A stretch of 64,000 nt of DNA. Origin: Octopus sinensis (lineage: Eukaryota). The stretch spans positions 29,450,001-29,514,000 of the forward strand of contig NC_043020.1 of NCBI RefSeq assembly GCF_006345805.1, given 5' to 3'. The notes beneath the pieces were generated by a model that saw only the letters and a list, made by a program, of their open reading frames with translations, was not told the origin of the DNA and made no database searches. The position numbers and the translations under genes are program-made. Below, piece by piece: positions 53,428 through 64,000 of the stretch. The stretch's first letter is position 1; the number at the start of each line of letters is the position of its first letter.

Positions 53428-54227
53428 GCGCAGGAGTGGCTGTGTGGTAAGTAGCTTGCTTACCAACCACATGGTTCCGGGTTCACATCCCACTGCGTGG
53501 CACCTTGGGCAAGTGTCTTCTACTATAGCCTTGGGCCGACCAAAGCCTTGTGAATGGATTTGGTAGACGGAAACTGAAAGAAGCCCGTCGTATATATGTA
53601 TATAAATATATGTATATGTATATAAATATATATGTGTGTGCTTGTGTGTCTGTGTTTGTCTCCCCAACATTGCTTGACAACCGATGTTGGTGTGTTTGCA
53701 TCCCCGTAACTTTGCGTTTCGGCTATGTACACTATGTGAGTGTACACTCACGAGGCTTTGGTCGGCCCGAGGCTATAGTAGAAGACACTTACCCAAGATG
53801 CCACGCAGTGGGATGTGAACCCAGAACCATGTGGTTGGTAAGCAAGCTACTTACCACACAGCCACTCCTCTTACTCTTTACTTTTACTTGTTTCAGTCAT
53901 TTGACTGCGGCCATGCTGGAACACCGCCTCTAATTGAGCAACTCGACCCCAGGATTTATTCTTTGTAAGCCCAGTACTTATTCTATCGGTCTCTTTTGCC
54001 AAACCGCTAAGTGATGGGGACATAAACACACCAGCATTGGTTGTCAAGCAATGCTAGGGGGACAAACATATACACACACATATATACGACGGGCTTCTTT
54101 CAGTGTCCGTCTACCAAATCCACTCACAAGGCTTTGGTAGAAGACACTTGCCCAAGGTGCCACGCAGTGGGACTGAACCCGGAACCATGTGGTTCGTAAG
54201 CAAGCTACTTACCACACAGCCACTCCT
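53428..54227. mobile_element. Cluster of three Octopus-type SINE copies (+, -, -)
   Basis: Plus copy 53428-53720, inverted copy 53746-53868, and a further minus copy 53878-54227. Confidence 0.88.
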
Positions 54228-55350
54228 ATTTATATTATTTTTTTATTATATTATTTATATTATTTTTAAACTTAAGTACGAATTGTGGATGTAACACCAC
54301 CCCATATATAAACAAGGACCTAAAGTGAATGTCAGACTATTCAGCTTTTGTTTGCTTTTTACAGGTCATCTGCATCCACAAAACATAGTATTAGTTCAAC
54401 ACTAGATTGGTTTTAAATAAATATAAATGATATAATTAGTTATCAAAACACAATTAATGCTTTGTAAACCAAAGTCCAGCAGTATTAACCAAATTAGTCC
54501 AGACTCATAACACCATGTACATCTCTGCTTCCTGAGGTATTATCCCCTACGTGGTTGCTCAATCTGCTATAATTAGCAGCCAAAATCCCTGAAATCCCTC
54601 GCTAGCATCTCAGAAAAAAACGGGCACATTGGATAGTTTAATGTCGTTCCCTGCAGATAGAATAAACACAGGACGGCCATGGTTGGAATGCTCTCGATCG
54701 AATAGACTTTTGGTAGGACTGCTGCACCAGGGGCAAGCTGGAGTTAAATAACAGTAACAGCCTTCTTACACAAACATACATGCATGCATGTATGCATACA
54801 AACAATGCGATCCGATATAAGTCTCCTAAACTCTAAAATCCATTTGGAATCTACTGGGACTCGCAGGACGATGTCTCTCTCTCTTCATTTCGCAACATTA
54901 ACATAAGTGTCGCCTTGCTAGAATGGCATCGGTGGTGCAGTAGCAGAAATTGTCTTATTCGAACTTTCGGTTTGTCAATAATACAAGAAAAACACCAGCA
55001 AATACAACCAAATAGTTATATAGGTCTATATACAATATACGAATGGTGGAATATTTTAGGACTGCCCTTGGATGTCTTGTCACCGAGTTATTCTGGTCAC
55101 AAGTACAGCGAAAATAATTAGCTATTAATACAAAGAATCGTTTTCGGAATCGACACATTCCGTTTAGCATGAGAAATGAGTGCCAGAACTATACAGACAA
55201 TTATTTATGTCAGACGAATAAATTACTGGTACTTGTGGCTTCATTACGTATAGTCTTCCTCGAAGATCGAATGCAATAACAATTTAATTACTTTGTGTGT
55301 CTATATAACAAAACAATTAGACTTACAAATATATATATATGTGTATATGC

Positions 55351-55396
<46 letters not shown>

Positions 55397-56095
55397 CCAA
55401 AACATTAAAATAATTGATGTTGCTGTTGTTGTTTGAGATGATGGTGCAGACTATGGGGGGGGGATATGAAGAAGAAAAAACAACAATGATGGAGCTTAGG
55501 CTTGCTAGAAATAGAAGCCAAGTTCCCTCCTAAAACACACCCCGTTGTCTTAATAGATAATGCACTCACCCGTGCACACACCCACCCACGGATGGAATGT
55601 TTACAACCGGAACGCCCTTGATCATAGAGTCCAGTCGACCATAACCGTTGCCTTGTTATAAGGGTCCAGGGTGGTGCAGATGCAGGAATTATCCTATTGG
55701 AACTTTCGGTATATCCATAATACATAAAGAATACCAGCAAATGCAACCAAACCATTTTGTCGTTTGATATTAATATTCAACTTGACGGTTAAATATCAAA
55801 TGACAACATGATTATAATTAATCGACCAGCTAGAAATAGCAGCCAAATCTCCCTCAGATCACATTCCACCATCTTACAGAAGAAAAGAAATTAATATACG
55901 AAAGGACACAGTTGATAATATAAAAGCAGAAATATATGCAAATAAAATAAAATAAAGCCTACGGTTTCACGATCAAACTGTGTTCGATCCTGGGTTTGGC
56001 TGTTTGGTCGGTCGCGATTGATCGGCTGGAGCTAAGCAACAACAATAACAACAACTTCCTTGACAATATTAAACGATAAGGAAACGATTTCTTAC

Positions 56096-56170
56096 CATTT
56101 TGTGTATAAAAGACAGAGACAGCCACCTTCGATGTGAAAGTTAGGAGACGAAATCGGAGTCAGGGGTGGT
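56096..56170 (-). other. RNF141: Probable non-coding first exon of RNF141 (5' end approximate)
   Basis: Donor caaaatg|GTAAGA at 56096/56095 within unique sequence, next to CCAAT (56187-56191, minus) and TGACGTAA motifs. The ATG-containing exon has an acceptor, so an upstream exon must exist. Assignment to this site is inference. Confidence 0.45.
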
Positions 56171-56547
56171 CGTGGATACCAGCAAGATTGGTTTACATGG
56201 TAATGGGTCTCTAAACAGCAGCAATGGTGTTCTGGTTCTGTGTTTGGTCACTGACGTAACACTTGTTTCAAAAAAACCAAAAACTCGGCCAATAATGTTG
56301 GTGTTATTATTATTATCTGTGTGTATACGTGTGTATATATATGTGTATACGTGTGTGTTCCTGCGGGTGTATATTTATAATGCTTCGTCTGGGTGAAAAC
56401 TAGAGTCAATATGCATACGTGACATTGGAAGATTTCTTGAGAGTCCTAATGCCAAAATGGTGACATAAGCGTAGAAGGGAAAAAAACTAGGTTCTGTTTA
56501 CTTCAGCCCACAACAATAATAGCCGAGACCTCTGTTATTGCTTCTCG

Positions 56548-56595
56548 CCAATGTGACCTGACATTGCCAATGACGTCACACACACACATTATAAA
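56548..56595 (+). promoter_or_regulatory. Pol II core promoter: CCAAT, CCAAT/CRE, TATA
   Basis: CCAAT 56548-56552, CCAAT 56567-56571 overlapping a perfect CRE TGACGTCA 56571-56578, and TATAAA 56590-56595, followed by a CpG-rich stretch (56600-56820). Confidence 0.6.
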
Positions 56596-56619
56596 CAAGC
56601 GCCAGGCTAGGTGGCGCCA

Positions 56620-56906
56620 ACTGTTACTTGTCGGTGTGTAAACGTCACCTGTTGCGGTGCGAAACGTCGCTCGTTGCGGCGTGATACGTCACTGTTTTGT
56701 TAGCGTGATAGTGTGTGTGTGCATGTGTGTTGTTTGGTCTGCGTGTAACCAGTGCAGGTGTTAGTAGGAGGCCTGATAGTGTCGTCTCTTACAGGGCTTC
56801 GTCGCTCGTCGTCATGTCCTAGAATAAATAACCTTTTGTGAACAACAGAACATGAATGGAGACAATATCTATCTATCTATCTACCTATATATAATTACAG
56901 AATTAG
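56620..56906 (+). other. Candidate first exon(s) of an unidentified plus-strand transcript
   Basis: CpG-rich unique sequence about 25 nt downstream of the TATA box, ending at a consensus donor TAG|GTGAGT (56906/56907). The start coordinate is an estimate. Confidence 0.4.
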
Positions 56907-57813
56907 GTGAGTACTTATTACATACCACTTAATAATTATAATCGATGTGCTGTTTTTTTTTTAAATATCCGTGACTCAGAACGAACGAACGACCGACGGG
57001 ATTGCATTTACAACTTTAAAAAATATTTCATATTTGTTCTCTCCCTCCAGTCAAGTTCGAAGTTTAATGTCTCTTTTAACCTAACCCAGCATTTTATAAC
57101 GAAAGCTTTAATTGTTTACTAATCATATATATATATATATTATATATATCCTTATATATAATTACTGTTATATAAACATACACATTTGCCGACAGTGTTT
57201 TCTGTAAACATACACTTTCTCTTTTTCATATCTCATCTTCCTTTGTATACATCGTCTAACTAATGTAACCTTATACATACATACATACATACATATACAT
57301 ATATATATATATATATGTATATATATAAACACAATTGTGAACACTGACTCGTTATATATATATATGCTGGCGACAATATAGTTTGTATGTACCACTTTTA
57401 ACATTCCGACCTCTGCAAACTTTGTATGCATACACTTAAAATCAGATTGCCTTATTATCTTGTATATACAATACTGAACTCTGGTTGCCCTATGTAACCC
57501 GCGGCGCGTGTATGTACATTATATGTGTATGTATATCTTATATATATATTATTGTTGTTAATTTATATATACACACACACACACAGGCATACCTACACTA
57601 GTGCCCCTCCCCCAACTTCCTTTGTTTCCTCAAAACTCCCAGAAAAATTGGTATTTTCTTAGTGAAATCTACAAATACTCTTCAGATGGTGTAGATTCCT
57701 ACTATATCGGAATTTGTGGTGAAAATGTTTTTCCAAAGGAAATATATATATAAAAACAAACTACAGAACAAAATCCAGAGACACACTTGTGAAGGTATGT
57801 CATACACACAAAT

Positions 57814-57851
<38 letters not shown>

Positions 57852-58111
57852 GCCACATGCATGCACACCCACAAAAAGAGACAACGAAGGAGCCCGATGT
57901 GTTTTGCTCGATCTACCACAAGTAACAGCTAAATCTCCCGCGAATCATACACCACTAAAAAAGAGAGAGAGAGAGAAGGGCATATTGGATAATGCCATCA
58001 TAGATATATTGGTTGGAAATCAAAAAGAATAAACAAATGGTTTGACCTAGGGCTAAACAACACATACACACACACACATAGTGGCGAATCCTAGAGGTTC
58101 TTTTCAATCCA

Positions 58112-58165
<54 letters not shown>

Positions 58166-59975
58166 GTTCACAAGTTATATTCAAGTGTAGAGTACTTAGT
58201 ATCGATAGACTTTTTATTTTCGTATCGATTATCAAAAATATCTGAAGCCGTGACCATCCTGTCATTTCAGACATAAAGTTCATCTCGATCTACAATTTTC
58301 AACACCTCTTTATTATTATTATTATTATTATTACATTATAGGTTTTAGCTTGAGGTAGTTTTAACTGCTATTTCCTGCAGGTCGAATGCCCGCTTAAAGC
58401 ACTTGGTCGTTGTCCGTTGACTCCGGACTTTGTATGTAAACACAGGTGCTCTCTCTCTTTATATATATATTATTGATAAGCAAGTCTGTTGTGGAATGTA
58501 ATGGGGTTTTTTTAATGATAATTATTACTGGAAGAAAGATATATCGTTCTTTGCTTAACTTATATTTATTATACAATCGTCGAGAGTTAGGGAAATATAT
58601 TATTAATTAAATTTGAATATTAAAGCTGGGTAATTAGCATGGGTCATCATATTTCATTCTAGATTAATTTCTGACCAATTAAATTCCTATTGAGAAACTG
58701 AATTAAGCCATTTATTTCCTTTTCCGTTACCGAATAAAACATGGGATTTTTAATTGCCCTTCCGTATTTACTAATGTATGACTAACACTATTTTATTCTT
58801 GATTTTTAAGTGAAAAACTGGAGTGCGACTGATACGCGTGGCAAACCTAAAACTATGAGAGGGGGAAAAAATTGTACCAAAATTTAACACTTAATTACGG
58901 TGAGGGGGTTGCGATTTATACACGAATAAATACAGTAATTCGTTTATAATTGAGAAATTTAACCCAAAATACTTGTGGATGGATGTAACATTATATTCGA
59001 GTGTAAGAAAAGAAAATAGGATAAAATCTATTTCTAATTTGTAACTGCGGAACGTGATGGGGGCGCATTATATACGAGACCGCATGGCAGTTAATTACAT
59101 CGAGTAGGAGGCGGTCCTCATTTGAAACCGATTTAAAATTTTCAAAATTCAGTTACATTGATATTTGTCTGTTAGTTTGCAGATTCCATTGTGATTAATT
59201 TAAATTCTCACATTTATATATATATTGTGTGTGTTCCCCATTACTGCTTCTCAACTAGGATTGTTTTGTTTTTTTATTTTTACATCCTCGTATCATAGCA
59301 GTCCGGCAAAGGAGACCGATAGAATAGCTGCCAGGCTTTTAAAAAATAAGTTCTGGGATCGATTTTTTCCCCCTCTAAAGTGATGCCCCAGCATAATTGC
59401 AGTCCAATGACTGATACAAGTAAAAAAAACATTAAGTATATATATAATCAAAATAAGCCACAAGGATATCCAAGGTAATCCTTGTTGCTTATTTGGATTA
59501 TAATCACCCCATTTGATTTATATGGATAATACCATACCAAATTCTGGTGCCTTTAACTTAAGTACCATATTCATCTGAATCTAAATATATAAGCGAAAAT
59601 CCAAAGATGGCAAGCTTCAATAATTTTATAGTAACGCACGAATTTTAAAAAACTGTTTTTTATTATCGATTTAACAACAGCAAAATAACAAAGGTTTTTG
59701 AATCTGCTTAAAAAGTTGTCAGTTATTTTATTACTTTCTTCTGTCCTGCTCAGGTTTTCGTCCTTCTCGACGTCTACGTTTTACTGCAGACATACAAAAA
59801 ATATATATAGGATTGTAATATGATAATTATACACCAGGAATGCGGCCTTGCGCTTCGTAGGGGCCGGTTTTAAATCCCAGCTGAGCCGTGATTTGGCTAA
59901 TCTATGAACAAAAGCAATCCAGCTGTGACTATGTCAATTTTTTTTTAAAACGTTTTGTATAAGAACCATCAAGTC

Positions 59976-60124
59976 CAGTCATGGGAAACCTGCGGCCCGC
60001 GGGACTTTCTGAATGGCGCGCCTAAACGAAAATTGACATTGAATTTTTTTTAGTAGTGCGGCCCACTTGGTGATGAGCTGTGTCTCATGCGGCCCGCTTC
60101 TCGAAAAAAGGTTTCCCATGCCTG
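59976..60124. mobile_element. Short hAT-like MITE
   Basis: TIRs CAGTCATGGGAAACCT / AGGTTTCCCATGCCTG with internal TGCGGCCC subterminal motifs; flanks match only 5 of 8 bases as a TSD. Confidence 0.65.
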
Positions 60125-62102
60125 ATATAATCTAATGTGCCTTTCTTTCTGTCAGGGAGCAGTGTATGATTTTAGAGAATTGGCTGTTGTTTCTAACATG
60201 TCGAACGAACGTGTTGCAAGCCAGAGGCTTCCCTCCTCGGTTTGACCTTGTGAAAGAAATGATGATGGTTACGCATGAGAGCACACACACACACACTAGT
60301 CTCTCTCTCTCCTCTCCTCCAAGAGAACAATGGACCACATATCTCTAAAATAGATGGGCTTTTTTGTTAAACCCGACCTAATGGGCTTTTTTTTAATTAT
60401 TATTCTATTAATTTCCTCTCCCATGCACGCTTCCTCTGTGTTCCGTATAAATGCCTCTTTTAGTCATCAGGATATATTTATTAAGAAGGGAAGACCGAAT
60501 CTTCACGCTTGGTTTAGGATCCCCATTAAATGTTTTCCTGGTTTAGTCATCGTTTCGCTCCAGTTACTTTCGTAAAAGCCAACGGACGAGACAAGCAAGC
60601 TTCTATGGAGTCACATGGTGTGCTTGAAATAGCAGCCACATCTTCCTCGCCTCATATTCTATTGTATTATTATTTTGTTCTTTTATTAAGAAAGGACATA
60701 TTGGATAATATAGAGTTAAGTTTTCATAATTACACCCGTTTCCAAACTCAGATTGGCGGACTTTCGGAACGGCTATCACTACCACATGCAGATGGAAAAG
60801 GGCAATGAATTGGATGTTTCTTTCTTTCTTTGAGAGAATTTTTTTTTGTTCCCCAAATTTAATTTTATATATTTATGCCCCTCCATGCCTATCCTCACCT
60901 CTGGTCATGTTTCATAATGACTGGAAGAGTATGATTCCGGATGTAAACGGCCGAAATGGCCTTCCTCCTGAAGGATATCTGCAGCAATGTTTCTCGACAG
61001 GATGTGGAGATCAGAGATCAGAGAATCTACCCAAGTCGAGCCGCAACTTCTCGGCATTGGGGAGTCACAGCCTCCGGTATTATGGGCAAGTGGTTGGAAT
61101 ATCGCAGGTAAGAATCGCAAGACAGATTCTCCCAAGCCGCGCCAACTGACAGGAGACCTAGGGGTAGGTCATGACCGAAAGGATTGGATACTTTACATAA
61201 TCTCAGTTGATCATGCTTGGAAATCCTGCTGGAAACGCGTGTTGATGGTCGCTTCTGGTGGAACCCTACGGAACAGGTACCTCAGGAGTCTACCCCTACG
61301 GCCCTCCTAGGAATCGTGGGCGGAGAAGATGGATGGGCATTTTTGCCTTCTAATTCCATGCCCTTTTCCCAGAAACTTAGACCCGTCTTACGAGATTGGT
61401 ATAATAGTAACAAAGGACCTTAATATAGCCCTATGTACCCTCTATGCTCGGTTTGTGTTGTTGTTGGTTAAGGTATTAGAAAAAACTCGTTAACTTTGCT
61501 CTGTAATGGGCAGCTATCCATTGAGCACTGTGATAGTCTCAATGTGTATTCTCAACTTATCTGAAATAGCAACCAAATCACACTCTATTCACAAAATATA
61601 ATTAAAAATAAAAGTAAAGTAAATGAAAGACAAATTGCTCCTCGACACTCTGAATGAAAAGAAACAAAAGAAAAAAGAAAAAAAAAGCTGTACGGTCGTC
61701 ACGCTTGGAAAGGTTTTGTTAGAGTATACATTGAATCCAGTTTCGCTTTTTAACAGATGAAGTATTTTGTTGTTGGGCGTAAAGTATGAAGGCCTTTGTC
61801 CGTGTTTACCTACCTGTAAATTGACAACGAGAGCATTTGTTCCGTGTTTGCTTGGCTGTAAAACGAGAACCGTCCTGAGACAAAAAGTATTTGAATTACA
61901 CTAATATTATAAATTAATAATGAGCGGAGTGGGGGGGGGGTGTTCTTCAAAACAAGTGAGACTATAATTGAATGGGGTTTTTGTGTATATAAGTATATAT
62001 ATATATAAAGGTTTATTTTTATGTCAAGTTATGATAAAAGCAGTTTTGCATTCAACTGAAGGAGCCCTCAATTTTGTTGAATCCAAATTTATTATTCGTT
62101 TA

Positions 62103-62223
62103 CAAAAATAGCGTTGGAAATGACTTGGAAGTTTCTGGTTGCTTAACCTTCATCGGACAGTCCGATGGAAAGGTTAAGTAGACCGGGCTTTCGAAGTCAC
62201 TGTCAGAACATTATTTTTGTAAA
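62103..62223. repeat. Old head-to-head inverted repeat with a hammerhead-like motif (Penelope-like remnant)
   Basis: The arms diverge from ...catcggacAgtccgatg... and both end in tatttttgtaaa. Confidence 0.6.
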
Positions 62224-62479
62224 AGAGTTGCTTATATATGAGTGGACAAAGAAAAGAAAGAGGCACGCAACACATTTGTCAGGAAACCTTATTGGTGTTT
62301 AATAACAGTTTGGCTCGGTACCATGCACCCTAAAAGTTTCGTTTGGCGATGTTTCGGTATTAATATATGACGTCAGTTATAAGTGCGTGTGCTTGACTGT
62401 TCAACTTTATTGGGCAGATGAAATGATGACATACATACATACTTATGATAGATTCGCTCATCATGAACGACAAATGGGG

Positions 62480-62800
62480 GAGTCAGTAATATAAAGGGGT
62501 TACCATGTTCTGTGGATATGGATGTGTTTCTTGAGGCCTGTTGGTGCCTTGCAAACGTTTTGCGCAAATGGAACAAGTCGAGGACTCAGTTTTCTCGAGT
62601 GCTTGTGGATTATTTACGATGTGTTTTCTTGAGTGAACGACAAGGCCTGCTCGGTTTCGGGTCACAAAACCACAACGACAGGTAAGGTTCCCATGCAGAG
62701 GTGCAGCATTTTGCCAGCGTGCCCTCATGCTTGCACGAAGTTGGTCCCGATGTTTGTGTGTCTGTGTGTAATGGTTGCAACTCGATTTTGGAGAATGCCA
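62480..62800 (-). mobile_element. RTE-type LINE 3' end with C2H2-like zinc fingers
   Basis: Encodes LTCRCGFVTRNRAGLVVHSRKH and TCSICAKR..., frameshifted. Confidence 0.7.
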
Positions 62801-64000
62801 TCATTTGGTTGTTTTCTTAAAACTATGCAGCTAAGAAGAGTCGACCAAGGTGCCTCTTCGTAGTCGCTCGTTTTGCTAGAAATAGCAGCTTAATCACCCT
62901 CAATTTACAAGGACTTTAGAATATAAAAGTGAAATGAATGCATGTATTTATGTTATGTTTCCAGTTTGTATAACACGGTTTTATATCTTTCTGGTTTAAA
63001 TTATTTCGTCTTAGACATATTTCCCAGGAAGGCCACAAATTAGCCAATATTTCGGTTTCCTCTCACAAACTGAAAATGATGGACATAATGATTTTAGCAA
63101 AGAAAAATTTTTAAAGTTTTTTTTTTTTTTTCGGGAGATTACACGTATAAAAATATGGAGGGTTCATTTTTTTTTGTAAGGGCTTTTTTTTATATTTCAC
63201 GCTGCATTATCGTAAAACTACGGCGCTTAAAACCTAGACAACTGAAGAAATTATAGTTTTGGGCGCACTAGATAAATTCTATTCTTTAGAAACCCCCAAA
63301 GGCGGTCTCCAGTTTGCCTTCGTTTGGATGTTTATTCAAAGCACAAGGCAAATCAAGGTTGTTGCAGGTAAGATATAAGGAAGTTTGCCTCACCTGCCAG
63401 AGCTACTCAAAACGGAAAGCGATAGAAATAGATACAGCAAAGTATTTTGTCCCAACATTATTAGAATTGCGTCAATCCTTCTTCCAAATAAGGCAAGTAC
63501 ATTATTTTATAAACAGACGAAAGACAAAGGTGGAATTTGAACTCTGAACGTAATGATCTAGAACAAAGAGGCTGATATACACACAATTATACACACCTGT
63601 ACATACAAATATGTTCTGTTACTCACCCAAGGGATTGGTTGTCGAAGACCACTTGGAGAAACTTGTAAAATTTAAGACAGCCTTTGTTGTCCAGTCTAAA
63701 TAGTGTCTTCAATTGGACTGTGTTTTAAAAATATAACTTGATTACTACCATTGTTTAGATCCCCTATTAATTACTGGTACCGCTCACAGCTGCTCTGTGT
63801 GTCGTTCATTCTCCAGTCTTTATTTTCGACCAGCTGTTATTTTCATATTGCGCGGAACAATGCTTTCAATAAATACAACATTTCTTTGTCAAAAACTACA
63901 GGAGCCAACCTAATAATACTGCGCTGTCTTTCTTTCGCTTTATTCATTTTATATACACCTCTTATAACTTATCCACTGGCTGCGTATAGAATAGACGATC

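Noticed and set aside
54924-54950. tRNA-Gly-like 5' end (gcatcggtggtgcagtagcagaa)
   Set aside because: There is no anticodon arm, T-arm or acceptor-stem complement downstream; the other tRNA-like heads in the window are SINEs.
55560-55575. Strong minus-strand donor GTGAGT as an RNF141 leader exon
   Set aside because: It is embedded in a SINE-like repeat copy (55500-55660).

Overview
This is eukaryotic, AT-rich, microsatellite-saturated genomic DNA. The SINE/LINE repertoire points to a cephalopod, most likely Octopus sp. (inferred from recall of repeat families, not from a search). There is a 100-N assembly gap at 16182-16281. One protein-coding gene can be reconstructed with confidence: RNF141, a 233-aa C3HC4 RING E3 ligase on the minus strand. 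It has five coding exons (47248-40033) joined by phase-compatible GT-AG introns. A probable non-coding first exon near 56.1 kb sits in an apparently bidirectional CCAAT/CRE/TATA promoter. The rest is mostly repeat: tRNA-derived SINEs, RTE, CR1/Jockey, Tx1-like and R4/Dong-like LINE remnants, Penelope-like fragments, a decayed Buster/Charlie hAT transposase, two hAT MITEs with perfect 8-bp TSDs, a 36-bp VNTR and a ~945-bp tandem duplication. Almost all supplied ORFs are microsatellite artefacts. No CRISPR array, rRNA or intact tRNA was seen. The most notable observation is a set of Penelope-associated inverted repeats that fold as minimal type-I hammerhead-ribozyme-like motifs sharing a non-canonical CCGANGA core (20.2 kb and 62.1 kb). 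A CRE/E-box/D-box cluster at 13.9-15.0 kb and several orphan exon-like segments also deserve a look.
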